Positions 55,425 to 64,000 of a stretch of 64,000 bases of DNA are shown one piece after another. Source of the DNA: an uncultured Candidatus Saccharibacteria bacterium (GTDB lineage: Bacteria > Patescibacteriota > Minisyncoccia > Phycocordibacterales > XYD1-FULL-46-19); contig CAZEAY010000002.1 in assembly GCA_964510655.1 (NCBI GenBank), positions 26,613 through 90,612 of the forward strand. Reading direction: 5' to 3'. The number at the start of each line of letters is the position of its first letter. Within the stretch, counting starts at the first letter, position 1. The notes below the pieces were generated by a model. It was given only the letters and a program-made list of their open reading frames with translations. It was not told the origin of the DNA and ran no database searches. Both the position numbers and the translations under genes were made by a program.

Positions 55425-55610
55425 TTAAGCGTTTGGCAAAAATCTACTAATCTGCTTGTTAGTCATGGAAAAATCAGCTGTTCCTTTGTGGTTCAGTTGG
55501 GTCGAGCGTTTGGCTCGGGCATTGAAATGGTTTTGTCCCGCAATGCGTCCTAAAATCTTACCCTTCTTGGTTACTTTTAGGCGTTTGGAGAATGACTTGT
55601 TTGTTTTCAT
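55425..55610 (-). CDS. rpmI: 50S ribosomal protein L35
   Basis: A 61-aa basic protein placed between infC and rplT. Confidence 0.8.
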   Translation of the reverse strand: MKTNKSFSKRLKVTKKGKILGRIAGQNHFNARAKRSTQLNHKGTADFSMTNKQISRFLPNA

Positions 55611-55614
55611 ATTA

Positions 55615-56193
55615 TTAAATTTGTTCTGACTTTTCTTCTATTTCTACTGTATCGTTTGGTTTGTCCAGGGTGACTTTTTTTACTAACTGTCTTTCGATGA
55701 CAGTAGTTAGTCCCTTAGGGCTTTTTTTAGCAGGATCGGCGATTTTGTAGTCTTCAGTAATTAGCTTAAGAATACGATCTAAACGTTCCTGCAAAAATTG
55801 AAAGTTAAAGTACTTGGAACGTCCAGGGAGGAAGAGGTCAATTTTAACGCGGTGACCATCTTTTAGAAATTCAGAGGCTTTTTTGGCTTTAATCTCCAAA
55901 TCTTTATCACCAGTACCAATTTTCACCTGCAGAGATTTTGTCTCGGTCGTGTGACTCTTGGCTCGGGCTTCTTTCTCCTTTTTTTGTTGGATATACTGAT
56001 ATTTTCCGTAATCCATGATCTTCGCGACCGGTGGAACGGCATTAGGAGATATTTCAATTAAATCTAATCCCAGCTCCTCGGCTTTACTTAAAGCCTCGGC
56101 AAGAGAGATGACCCCAAGATTTTCACCATCATCGGTGAGAACACGTAACTCTTTGGATCTTATTTGATGATTTATATGAATTATGTCTTTCAA
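55615..56193 (-). CDS. infC: Translation initiation factor IF-3
   Basis: It has the IF3 N- and C-domain motifs (LDLIEISPNAVPPVAKIMDYGKY). Operon order is infC-rpmI-rplT. Confidence 0.9.
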   Translation of the reverse strand: MKDIIHINHQIRSKELRVLTDDGENLGVISLAEALSKAEELGLDLIEISPNAVPPVAKIMDYGKYQYIQQKKEKEARAKSHTTETKSLQVKIGTGDKDLEIKAKKASEFLKDGHRVKIDLFLPGRSKYFNFQFLQERLDRILKLITEDYKIADPAKKSPKGLTTVIERQLVKKVTLDKPNDTVEIEEKSEQI

Positions 56194-56393
56194 GTATATG
56201 CTAGATAAAACCCCCTAAAACAAATTTTTACTAAAATTTGTTCGGGCGAACACTTCTTAAAGAGAAGTGTTTTAGCCACTAAAACCAGGGAATAGGGTAA
56301 TACTAAGCTATTTAAGGTCTATTGTCAATATCGTTTGAGTCTAAAACCCCTTTATTTTTTGCCATTTTTCGGCTTGACTGTTAAGATTAATCT

Positions 56394-56840
56394 ATGTCAC
56401 TAGTAGACAATAAAAAGGCTGGTTTCAACTATGAAATAGGCGACAAATACGAGGCCGGGATTGAGCTTTTGGGTTCGGAGTCCAAGTCTATCCGTGCTAA
56501 AAGGGGGTCTTTAGAGGGCTCCTATGTCAAAATTCGTGGTAACGAGGCTTTTTTGGTGGGGGCGACTATTCCCGCTTTTCAAGCTACTAATGTCCCTAAA
56601 AGCTATGATCCAGAGCGAGTAAGGCGTCTTTTGCTGACTAAAGCTGAGCTAAGGTATTTGACTGGCCGAGAAAGCGAGAAGGGATTGACTTTAATCCCTT
56701 TATCGTTGTATAATAAAGGAAGGTTTATTAAGCTGTCTTTTGGAATAGCCAAAAATAAGAAGAAGTTTGATAAGCGTGAAGATATTAAGAAGAGAGAAAC
56801 CGATCGCGAGATTCATCGTGATTTGAAGAGTTTTAGATAG
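56394..56840 (+). CDS. smpB: SsrA-binding protein SmpB
   Basis: SmpB family, 148 aa, immediately upstream of tmRNA. Confidence 0.85.
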   Translation: MSLVDNKKAGFNYEIGDKYEAGIELLGSESKSIRAKRGSLEGSYVKIRGNEAFLVGATIPAFQATNVPKSYDPERVRRLLLTKAELRYLTGRESEKGLTLIPLSLYNKGRFIKLSFGIAKNKKKFDKREDIKKRETDREIHRDLKSFR

Positions 56841-56858
56841 AACGTTGAAAAAAGAATT

Positions 56859-57241
56859 GGGGATGATTGGCCTAGACAATTAATTTCCCTTTTGTGTGCA
56901 TGTCGAAGATTCTAACAAGATTCGTAATATATGTTAGGAAAAAGAAGTGCAAAAACTTCAAAGGGGATAGCATCCCCTTATATGCCAGCTTTCGCTTTAG
57001 CCTAAGCTGACCGTCCGTTCATTTGGATGCTCGATAGATTTGAACGGGTGTCATAAACTGCGAGCTAGGATTTGAGAATGTTTCGACTCAACCCCAAAGC
57101 CACTTCGGTGGAATAGAAACTCGACTAGTTAGTATTTTGGCGGCTTAGAGCTAGCTAGTTTAAAACCCCTAAACCTCCTACACATGTAGATTCACAAAAG
57201 ATTATTATTTGCACGTGGGTTCGATTCCCACCATCTCCACA
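56859..57241 (+). ncRNA. ssrA: Transfer-messenger RNA (tmRNA, ssrA)
   Basis: The 5' GGGGAUG pairs with the 3' CAUCUCC to form an acceptor stem with a G3-U70 wobble, followed by discriminator A. A T-arm GUGGGUUCGAUUCCCAC is present. An internal reading frame ends ...PAFALA-TAA at 57003-57005 (tag-like). It lies directly downstream of smpB and is about 383 nt long. Confidence 0.85.
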
Positions 57242-57282
57242 AAAAAAGTCCGCGAAATGTATTCGCGGACTGTGAGTTTTTG
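57241..57282. terminator. Terminator after ssrA (aaaaaaagtccgcgaaatgtattcgcggactgtgagttttt)
   Basis: A GTCCGCGAA/TTCGCGGAC stem with a T-tract. It also serves the convergent response-regulator gene. Confidence 0.8.
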
Positions 57283-57288
57283 GTCTCC

Positions 57289-57669
57289 CTATGGGGAGTT
57301 TTTTTTGATCATCTCGATGATGAAGTAAGGCACCTCGTCTTTACACACGGCTTGATTGCAACCACCCACATTGATGAGTTCGGTTCTCTTGCACTCATCA
57401 CAAGAGGCGGCGATCATAAAGCAGTGAGGGTTTTGCTGGCGAATGTCTTTGGCCAGCTCGGTTGTCGTGCGTCCCCCAGGGACATTTCCGTCGAGGATAG
57501 CGAAATCGATTGGTTCATTGTTCCTGATGATTGTTTCAGCCTCCATTATGTTGGAAGCTTCGAGGACATCGATGGGCTTTCCTGAGCTCTTCAGAATCAT
57601 CCGACACAAGTCTCGGATGCACTGATCGTCCTCAACAATCAAGATGACGGACCTTTTTGCCAGACCCAT
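57289..57669 (-). CDS. Orphan response-regulator receiver (CheY-like REC) domain protein with a Cys-rich C-terminal region
   Basis: ILIVEDDQ carries the phospho-acceptor-site context (D in FAILDGNVPGG). A 4-Cys tail follows (CFMIAASCDECK...GGCNQAVC). An SD AAAGGAA is present, and GC is higher. Confidence 0.6.
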   Translation of the reverse strand: MGLAKRSVILIVEDDQCIRDLCRMILKSSGKPIDVLEASNIMEAETIIRNNEPIDFAILDGNVPGGRTTTELAKDIRQQNPHCFMIAASCDECKRTELINVGGCNQAVCKDEVPYFIIEMIKKNSP

Positions 57670-57866
57670 AACAATTCCTTTCTGTGTCTCATGATCAGAG
57701 ACCGACCAGGCTGTATATAGGTTACTTGTCTATTTTTTATGGTATACCTTTTGAAGGTAAAGTAAAGATTTATGAAGATATTTTTTCTGGTCAGTTTTGC
57801 GTGACTTATGTTTTTTCATGATATATTTAAGACAGGCTAAGTACATTACATAAGGAGAATCTCAAA

Positions 57867-58721
57867 ATGATTGGTTCAAATGAACGGTCCCTGGAACTAG
57901 GAGAAAAGCCAAATTGGCTAGCAGCGATTCCTTTTATGATTGTTAATCTGTTAGGGATTTATGGCCTGCGTTATGTTTTTACGAGTTGGTCGGTCGCGGT
58001 GGTAATGATCTCTCTTTATTTTGTCCGGATGTTTTTTATCACCGGATTTCAGCATCGGTATTTTTCTCATCGGTCATTTGTCATCACTCCGCGTTGGGGA
58101 GAAAAATTTGTTCGCGGGGTGCAGTTTCTCATGGCTCTGCTGGTTACTTCTTCAGCACAAAAGGGTGTCTTGTGGTGGGCGTCACATCACCGTCATCATC
58201 ATAAACATTCTGACACGGAAGAAGATGTCCACTCTCGTTTCTTGCGCGGATTTTACTGGTCGCATCTGGGTTGGATTTTGTGTCGTCGTTTTGATAAAAC
58301 CGATTCTCGTCTAATTCCCGATTTGGTTCGTTTCCCTGAATTGGTTTTCTTGGATCGACGACTGGGCTATCTAATCATGCCTGTTGTTTTGAGTCTTGTC
58401 TGTCTGTGGTTCGGTGGCTGGCCCATGTTGTGTGGAGGGTTTTTTACCAGCACCTTCTTTCTCTACCACGGGACATTCTCGATAAATTCTCTGGCCCACA
58501 TGTGGGGGACGCAACGTTATCAAACGGGAGATCAGAGTCGTAACTCACTTTTGTTGGCGATTATAACTATGGGGGAAGGTTGGCATAACAACCATCACTT
58601 TTCTCCTGGTTATGAACCACAAGCTCTGACTCGTTTCGAAAAATGCTTTGATTGGACCCACCAGATTTTGTATCTCATTAGTTTGACTGGGCTGATTAGT
58701 CTTCGGACAAAAAAAGCTTAG
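57867..58721 (+). CDS. Membrane acyl-CoA/acyl-lipid fatty-acid desaturase (delta-9-like, three His-box family)
   Basis: The His boxes are HRYFSHRSF, HHRHHHKHSD and HNNHHFSP. There are 4 TM helices. An SD TAAGGAG sits 10 nt before the ATG. Confidence 0.8.
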   Translation: MIGSNERSLELGEKPNWLAAIPFMIVNLLGIYGLRYVFTSWSVAVVMISLYFVRMFFITGFQHRYFSHRSFVITPRWGEKFVRGVQFLMALLVTSSAQKGVLWWASHHRHHHKHSDTEEDVHSRFLRGFYWSHLGWILCRRFDKTDSRLIPDLVRFPELVFLDRRLGYLIMPVVLSLVCLWFGGWPMLCGGFFTSTFFLYHGTFSINSLAHMWGTQRYQTGDQSRNSLLLAIITMGEGWHNNHHFSPGYEPQALTRFEKCFDWTHQILYLISLTGLISLRTKKA

Positions 58722-58741
58722 TCCTATTGGTCGTTTGACCG

Positions 58742-58776
58742 CCCCTTACCCACCGCCGGGTGAGGGGTTTTTATTT
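58742..58776 (+). terminator. GC-rich terminator (ccccttacccaccgccgggtgaggggtttttattt)
   Basis: An imperfect CCCCTTACC/GGTGAGGGG stem with a T-tract. Confidence 0.6.
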
Positions 58777-58886
58777 GACATTCTATCTCATTTCTGCTAT
58801 ACTTAAATTACAAAAGAGTGTGGTGAGAAAAAAAGAGTGTCGATTTTCATAGACTATTTTTGTATTTAGTAGAGTAAAAAAAATCA

Positions 58887-59084
58887 ATGACTGGAACAAT
58901 CAAGAAATTGACTGACAAAGGTTATGGTTTCATCTCTGGCGAAGGCTTGGCGAAGGACTTGTTCTTCCACAGCAATTCGTTGGTAGGTGTAAACTTTGAT
59001 GAACTTCGCGAAGGTGATGCTGTTTCTTTCGAAACAGAGGAATCTCCAAAGGGTTTGAATGCTGTAAACGTACAGCGCGCCTAA
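58887..59084 (+). CDS. csp: Cold-shock protein (CspA family)
   Basis: It has GTIKKLTDKGYGFI (an RNP1-like KGFGFI variant) and is 65 aa. Confidence 0.85.
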   Translation: MTGTIKKLTDKGYGFISGEGLAKDLFFHSNSLVGVNFDELREGDAVSFETEESPKGLNAVNVQRA

Positions 59085-59094
59085 TCAAGAAAAA

Positions 59095-59122
59095 CAAAAA
59101 ACCGCCCGAGGGCGGTTTTTTG
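59095..59122 (+). terminator. Terminator (aaaaaaccgcccgagggcggttttttg)
   Basis: A CCGCCC/GGGCGG stem with a T-tract. Confidence 0.85.
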
Positions 59123-59165
59123 TTTTTCTGTAAAATCCCCACCATTTTTTTGGTCAGAAGAGTGC

Positions 59166-59194
59166 TTTCAATTGATGTCCATTTATTGTATAAT
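59166..59194 (+). promoter_or_regulatory. Promoter TTTCAA-17-TATAAT (extended TGtTATAAT) for ftsH
   Basis: The -10 is at 59189-59194, so the ORF-track start at 59172 lies upstream of the promoter. ftsH therefore most likely starts at ATG 59238. Confidence 0.45.
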
Positions 59195-59237
59195 CAAAGC
59201 TCATTTGAGAGGACTTTTAACTTTAACTGATAAAAAT

Positions 59238-61196
59238 ATGGCTAAACATAAAGATAATTTAAATATGAAAAGCGAACGCCCAGGCCGGTTGGCTGGTAAG
59301 TTTGCCCAACAAATTATCACCGGTCTTTTGATTTTGATGTTGGTAGTTAGCGCTTTTACTCTTTTTTCTGGTAAAGATAAGACAGCTACGGAAGTTATCC
59401 CTATTTCTCAGGTTGCTCGAGATATTTCCGCTGGTCAGGTGTCTAAGCTAATTGTTAAAGGAGACGAGGTTAATATTACTTATACTGATAAAACTCAAAA
59501 AAATTCTAAGAAAGAAGTAGAATCTAGTATTTCTGATACTTTAAAAAATTATGGTGTGACAGTGGAAGCGATGGATAAGGTGGCGATTGAAGTTAAAGAT
59601 CAGTCCAGTTTCAGTTTTTGGTTGGCTACTCTTACCCCCTTTCTCTTATCTTTTTTGATGATTGGTTTTATTATTTGGCTTCTGTCTCGTCAAGTGAAGG
59701 GGGCGAGTATGCAAGCTTTTACTTTTGGTCAGTCTCGAGCCCGCTTAGTTGATCCAAACGATCTCAGTCAAAAAGTTACTTTTAAAGATGTGGCCGGAGT
59801 TAAAGAAGCAAAAGAAGAATTGAAAGAGATTGTTGATTTTCTTAAAAACCCCAAAAAATTCTTGGAGATTGGCGCTCGTATTCCTAAGGGTGTTTTGTTG
59901 ATGGGTGGACCCGGAACAGGCAAGACTTTACTGGCCCGAGCTGTTGCCGGTGAAGCAGCCGTACCATTTTTATATTTGTCTGGTTCGGAATTCGTGGAAA
60001 TGTTTGTGGGAGTGGGAGCTTCTCGCGTCCGTGACTTATTTAAGATGGCAAAGAATATTGCTCCAGCTATTATTTTTATCGATGAAATTGATGCAATTGG
60101 CCGTCATCGTGGCAGTGGTATGGGGGGAGGTAATGATGAGCGTGAACAAACTCTAAATCAAATTTTGGTGGAGATGGATGGTTTTGAGCCTAATGAGAAA
60201 TTGATTGTTATGGCGGCTACTAACCGTCCCGATGTTTTGGATCCGGCTTTGTTGCGCCCTGGTCGTTTTGACCGACGAGTGACTTTGGATGCTCCAGATA
60301 TTAAAGATCGGCAAGAAATTTTAGCTATTCATGCCAAGAAAAAACCATTAGGTGAGGATGTGAATTTGCAGGTTATTTCGGAACGAACCCCTGGTTTTTC
60401 TGGAGCTGATTTAGCTAATCTAATGAACGAAGCGGCTATTCTGGCCGCACGTGAAGATCGTAAGAAAATTAGTCAGTATGATCTTATTCGTTCGGTGGAA
60501 AAAGTTATGTTGGGTCCAGAACGTAAAAGTCATATTCTTTCCAAACAAGAAAAGAAAATTACCGCTTATCATGAGATGGGACATGCTTTAGTGGCTTCTG
60601 TCTTACCTAATTCTGATCCTGTCCATAAAGTTTCTATTGTTTCTCGTGGTTATGCCGCTGGGTATACTTTGAAACTGCCATTTGAAGATCGCAAATTACA
60701 ATCGCGCAAAGAATTTCTAGATGACATCGCTGTTTCTTTGGCTGGTTATGCGGCTGAAACAATGATTTTTGGTGATATGACCACTGGAGCCTCTAACGAT
60801 ATTCAAGTATCCTCAGCTTTAGCTCGTGATATGGTTGCTCGTTATGGGATGAGTGATAAAATTGGACCCGTTGCTTTTGAGGCTGGTTCAAAAATGTCCA
60901 TGTCCCCGGTGGCGATGGGAGATCGTTATTCTTCGGAGTCGGTTGGTTCGGCGATTGATGCAGAAGTCTCACGAATTATGAAGGAGGGCTTGGACCGCGC
61001 CACAGAGGTTTTGTCGACACAAAAGAAAGCTTTGGATATGATGTCTCTTGAACTGATTAAGGTGGAAACATTAGAACGGGAGGAATTTGAAAAACTTCTA
61101 ATCTTAAATGGAATTAAACCCAAAACTTCTCGTAAAGATGAGCCACAAGAAGAACTAGTGATTACCCAAGATGGCGTTGAAACCGAAATCATTTAA
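59238..61196 (+). CDS. ftsH: ATP-dependent zinc metalloprotease FtsH
   Basis: It has two TM helices, the AAA+ Walker A GPPGTGKT-like GGPGTGKT, the second region of homology, and the zinc motif HEMGHAL. Confidence 0.9.
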   Translation: MAKHKDNLNMKSERPGRLAGKFAQQIITGLLILMLVVSAFTLFSGKDKTATEVIPISQVARDISAGQVSKLIVKGDEVNITYTDKTQKNSKKEVESSISDTLKNYGVTVEAMDKVAIEVKDQSSFSFWLATLTPFLLSFLMIGFIIWLLSRQVKGASMQAFTFGQSRARLVDPNDLSQKVTFKDVAGVKEAKEELKEIVDFLKNPKKFLEIGARIPKGVLLMGGPGTGKTLLARAVAGEAAVPFLYLSGSEFVEMFVGVGASRVRDLFKMAKNIAPAIIFIDEIDAIGRHRGSGMGGGNDEREQTLNQILVEMDGFEPNEKLIVMAATNRPDVLDPALLRPGRFDRRVTLDAPDIKDRQEILAIHAKKKPLGEDVNLQVISERTPGFSGADLANLMNEAAILAAREDRKKISQYDLIRSVEKVMLGPERKSHILSKQEKKITAYHEMGHALVASVLPNSDPVHKVSIVSRGYAAGYTLKLPFEDRKLQSRKEFLDDIAVSLAGYAAETMIFGDMTTGASNDIQVSSALARDMVARYGMSDKIGPVAFEAGSKMSMSPVAMGDRYSSESVGSAIDAEVSRIMKEGLDRATEVLSTQKKALDMMSLELIKVETLEREEFEKLLILNGIKPKTSRKDEPQEELVITQDGVETEII

Positions 61197-61896
61197 TATT
61201 TATAAGCGAGTCGGGGAAACTCCTCTGGAAGTGATTGAACGAATCCGGGTTAAGTTCCCGGATTTTTCAACTGAAAAAATGACTTATGCTGGGCGGTTAG
61301 ATCCAATGGCTGAAGGAGTGCTAGTCGTGTTGGTAGGGGAAGAATGTAAGAATAAGGAGAAGTATCTTGGTTTGGATAAAGAATATGAAGTGGAATTTTT
61401 GCTAGGAGTAGGGGCGGACACAGGAGATGTGATGGGTTTGGCACAATTATCTGAGGTAAAAAAAGAATTTACCTCATCAGAACTTGTCTCAGTTTTAGAT
61501 TCTTTGATTGGTAAAAAGAAACAAGTTTATCCAAAATATTCTTCCCCTATATTGGCTGGTCAGTCTGGAAGTTTTAAAGAAGTAGAAATAAAAAGTCTTA
61601 AATTTTTGAATCAGCAAAAAATTTCATCTAGCGATCTTTTAAACGAAATAAAGAGAAAAATAGAAATGGTAAATGGAGAATTTCGTCAGGCGGAGATTGT
61701 TGAACGATGGATAAAACTTTTAACCAAGGAACATTTTTTTACCTTGGTTAAATGTCGAGTATTTTGTACGAGCGGTACTTATATTCGCGTTCTAGCTGAA
61801 GATTTGGGTAATAAACTGGGAACAACTGCTTGCGTCTATTCTCTAAAAAGGATAAGGGTGGGTGATATTAAAGATGGTGATTGTTTGAGATTTTAG
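61171..61896 (+). CDS. truB: tRNA pseudouridine(55) synthase TruB
   Basis: It has the catalytic-Asp context GRLDPMAEGVL. It overlaps the ftsH 3' end, so the true start may be slightly downstream. Confidence 0.7.
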   Translation: MALKPKSFNIYKRVGETPLEVIERIRVKFPDFSTEKMTYAGRLDPMAEGVLVVLVGEECKNKEKYLGLDKEYEVEFLLGVGADTGDVMGLAQLSEVKKEFTSSELVSVLDSLIGKKKQVYPKYSSPILAGQSGSFKEVEIKSLKFLNQQKISSSDLLNEIKRKIEMVNGEFRQAEIVERWIKLLTKEHFFTLVKCRVFCTSGTYIRVLAEDLGNKLGTTACVYSLKRIRVGDIKDGDCLRF

Positions 61897-61969
61897 TGCA
61901 TGCGCCTGGACTCGAACCAGGGACCAGTCGTGTATAAGACGACGGCTCTACCAACTGAGCTACGCATGC
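61897..61969 (-). tRNA. tRNA-Ile with anticodon UAU (decodes AUA). CCA is not encoded.
   Basis: The reverse complement folds as a canonical cloverleaf: acceptor GCATGCG/CGCATGC, D-arm GCTC-AGTTGGTA-GAGC, anticodon stem GTCGT/ACGAC with loop C-U-UAU-A-C, and T-arm CCTGG-TTCGAGT-CCAGG. Confidence 0.8.
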
Positions 61970-62023
61970 ATTTTCTTGCTAAAATATACGCTAAAATGAG
62001 CCTTTTCGCAATCTAAGGTCAAA

Positions 62024-62052
62024 CAAAAAACTCGCCAATTGGCGAGTTTTTT
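62024..62052. terminator. Bidirectional terminator (aaaaaactcgccaattggcgagtttttt)
   Basis: A perfect palindrome CTCGCCAATTGGCGAG flanked by A- and T-tracts. Confidence 0.85.
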
Positions 62053-62055
62053 GAA

Positions 62056-62469
62056 TTAACTTTGGAATTCTATTTCAAATGGATACATGCCCATGCCACA
62101 AGTTCCTGCTAAAGTACCAACTGCACTGGTTCCGATTTCTATGTCGGTGATTCCAGAAGAGGGTAAAATTTTACTTATATTTAGACTGGGAATTCGAACT
62201 GACGAAGAACAGTCAAATGTGCCATTAGTATTAAATCTGATAATAGTTGGAAGACCCGCCTTAGCTACACTTTTTCTTGGTTGATAGCCACCTCTGGCTG
62301 TAATTTCTACCACCTGTTTGCCATCTACTAGACTAACATTGTTGGCAGGCAAAGAATATTCGGTTTCGTTTTTCGATTTTTCTACTGTTGGTGGATTTTT
62401 TAGAACAAAAGTCAAGGTTCCGCCGATTAGGATGATCGCAATAATAAGGGCTATGGTGGTTTGTTTCAT
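62056..62469 (-). CDS. Secreted hypothetical protein (137 aa, signal peptide or anchor)
   Basis: It has MKQTTIALIIAIILIGGTLTFVL and is the last gene of the metal-ATPase operon. Confidence 0.45.
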   Translation of the reverse strand: MKQTTIALIIAIILIGGTLTFVLKNPPTVEKSKNETEYSLPANNVSLVDGKQVVEITARGGYQPRKSVAKAGLPTIIRFNTNGTFDCSSSVRIPSLNISKILPSSGITDIEIGTSAVGTLAGTCGMGMYPFEIEFQS

Positions 62470-62482
62470 ATCGTTGATTATA

Positions 62483-63514
62483 TTAGAAATTGAAAACGGG
62501 CGATAGTACTCCGATGATGACTAAACTGTTGATGATATTAAAGAGAGCAAACATAATAACAATTAAGCCAGCCGTTTTGAAGAAAATTCTCTTTTTGGGA
62601 CTTTTTTCAAAACGGAAAGAACTAAAGCTAATTAGAGCTAGAGCGGGTAGAGTGCCAAGAGCAAAGGTTAACATTGTTAAACCTCCTTGAAGAAAGTTGC
62701 CAGTGGTCAGGGTATAAAGTTGCATTGACTGAGTAAATCCACAAGGTAGAAAGAAAGTCGCTATCCCCACCAACAAAGGGGTTAGAGAATGATTTAATTT
62801 TGAGACACGGTGGGCGCGCTTAGCTAAGAATTTCGGCATCGAGGGTGTGAGTTTTTTTGCCCAATGAAAGGTCTCTAGTAAATTAATGCCAAGAATAAGC
62901 ATCACTAGACCAATAACTAGATTCAAGATAAAAGTTACCGTGGAATTGAGAGTGAAAGCTGATCCAATGATGCCAATTACTCCACCTAAAATAAAGAACG
63001 ATACCAATCTTCCCAGATGGAATATTAGTTGAGGCTTTATTTTAGCTCCTTCTTTAGCAAAGGTGGCGGACATGGAAAGGAGTAAGCCTCCAACGACAGC
63101 CATACAGCTAGAAAGAGAGGCAATGAGACCAATTACAAAAGCCGTTCCATAAGTCACCGTTCTGGCATTAATCAGGTTCACAATTCCCATCTTTTGTAGG
63201 GCGACAAAAATAATAACAAATCCTAAAGCAATCGGAATAGCCACTTTAAATTCTTTCCAGTTTAGTTCGTGTTTTTGTTTGTCTATGGAGACGGTGTAGC
63301 CATGTGGTTTGAGGGGGATAGTAAGCTCCTCAGCAATTTGCTCTAGAGTTTTGTCACCAAAATTTCCCACTATTTCTATCGAATGGTTTTTTAAGCTTGA
63401 TTTGACTTGAGTGATATTTGGTAGATCTCCCAGTTCGTTTTCTGTTAGCAAGACACAGGCGTTACAGTGCATCCCGTGAACATGAAAGGTATATTTTTGG
63501 TTTAAGTTTGTCAT
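62483..63514 (-). CDS. Heavy-metal-associated (HMA) domain fused to a multi-pass membrane protein with TM cysteines (putative metal-ion permease/chaperone, CcdA/DsbD-like topology)
   Basis: The N-terminal HMA motif is HGMHCNAC, followed by about 8 TM helices with conserved Cys (SLSSCMAV, FFLPCGF). Confidence 0.55.
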   Translation of the reverse strand: MTNLNQKYTFHVHGMHCNACVLLTENELGDLPNITQVKSSLKNHSIEIVGNFGDKTLEQIAEELTIPLKPHGYTVSIDKQKHELNWKEFKVAIPIALGFVIIFVALQKMGIVNLINARTVTYGTAFVIGLIASLSSCMAVVGGLLLSMSATFAKEGAKIKPQLIFHLGRLVSFFILGGVIGIIGSAFTLNSTVTFILNLVIGLVMLILGINLLETFHWAKKLTPSMPKFLAKRAHRVSKLNHSLTPLLVGIATFFLPCGFTQSMQLYTLTTGNFLQGGLTMLTFALGTLPALALISFSSFRFEKSPKKRIFFKTAGLIVIMFALFNIINSLVIIGVLSPVFNF

Positions 63515-63517
63515 TGT

Positions 63518-64000
63518 TTATATTTTTTTAGTTTTGATTCTAAGAGAGTTGGAGACTACTGAAACCGAAGATAGGGCCATGGCTAGGCCAGCAAAAATCG
63601 GATTTAATAACCAGCCGAATACTGGGTATAAGACTCCGGCTGCCAAAGGAATGCCGACAATATTATAAATAAAGGCCCAAAATAGATTTTGTTTGATTCC
63701 CCGCATGGTTATTTTGGATAGTTTTATCGCTTTGACTAACTTAGAGATGTCACCACCAAGTAGGGTAATACCAGCCGATTCAATTGCGACATCTGTTCCT
63801 GTCCCCATTGCAATGCCAACATCCGCCTGGGCAAGAGCTGGAGCATCGTTGACTCCGTCACCAGCCATGGCCACCACCTCTCCTTTTGATTGTAGTTCTT
63901 TTATTTTTTTGAGCTTGTCTGCCGGGAGAACATTGGCCACTACATTATCAATGCCAACTAGTGAGCCAATATACTTAGCTGTCCGTTCATCGTCGCCGGT
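63518..64000 (-). CDS. Heavy-metal (Cu+/CopA-like) P1B-type ATPase, 3'-terminal part. The gene continues beyond the window end.
   Basis: It has the P-type hinge motif [36 protein letters not shown] followed by the last two TM helices. The reading frame is open to base 64000. Confidence 0.8.
   Translation of the reverse strand, partial: TGDDERTAKYIGSLVGIDNVVANVLPADKLKKIKELQSKGEVVAMAGDGVNDAPALAQADVGIAMGTGTDVAIESAGITLLGGDISKLVKAIKLSKITMRGIKQNLFWAFIYNIVGIPLAAGVLYPVFGWLLNPIFAGLAMALSSVSVVSNSLRIKTKKI

Noticed and set aside
59172-59237. Upstream start (TTG/ATG at 59172-59177) for ftsH giving MMSIYCIIKAHLRGLLTLTDKN- extension
   Set aside because: A good promoter TTTCAA-17-TATAAT sits at 59166-59194, so these codons lie at or upstream of the transcription start. 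ATG 59238 (MAKHKDN...) is the more plausible start.
1-64000. CRISPR arrays, IS elements/transposases, integrases, rRNA genes
   Set aside because: No arrays of regularly spaced direct repeats were seen. No transposase, integrase or recombinase-like ORFs were seen. No rRNA-like conserved segments are present in the window.

Overview
This window reads as a chromosome segment of a small, gene-dense, AT-rich bacterium (about 38-40% G+C by eye) with CPR/Patescibacteria-like hallmarks. Ribosomal protein L30 is missing between S5 and L15, several ribosomal proteins carry Lys-rich tails, core genes almost never have a Shine-Dalgarno (SD) sequence, and extended -10 boxes sit 7-8 nt before start codons, implying leaderless mRNAs. 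In order the window holds two paralogous tail-fibre-like secreted repeat proteins, then a type IV pilus locus (pilB, pilC, three prepilin-type proteins). These are followed by tpiA-pgk, a HIT hydrolase, recJ, rnhA, a pyruvoyl S-adenosylmethionine decarboxylase, and a two-ORF ComEC DNA-uptake channel. Next come rpmB, an M50 protease, and the str operon (rpsL-rpsG-fusA, then tuf-rpsJ). An S10-spc ribosomal cluster (rplC to rplO, secY, adk, map, ndk) follows, broken by inserted genes. Further on lie a membrane/beta-CASP nuclease/SLOG trio, two very large secreted proteins, and a secreted zinc metalloprotease with Ig-like repeats. The window ends with infC-rpmI-rplT (reverse), smpB with tmRNA (ssrA), an orphan response regulator and an acyl desaturase after ssrA, csp, ftsH, truB, a tRNA-Ile(UAU), and a partial metal-ATPase locus. 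The most notable signals are: (i) a second gene class with higher G+C and canonical AAGGAG SD sequences, inserted as small terminator-bounded cassettes among the SD-less core genes. (ii) a duplicated ~140-nt leader element whose hairpin sequesters an upstream ATG, found in front of both recJ and rplC. (iii) giant Cys-rich secreted proteins that share a C-terminal domain and a short conserved C-terminal tail motif, a candidate novel sorting signal. (iv) fragmentation of the S10 operon by a 5.5 kb secreted-protein island. No CRISPR array, transposase, integrase or rRNA was seen.
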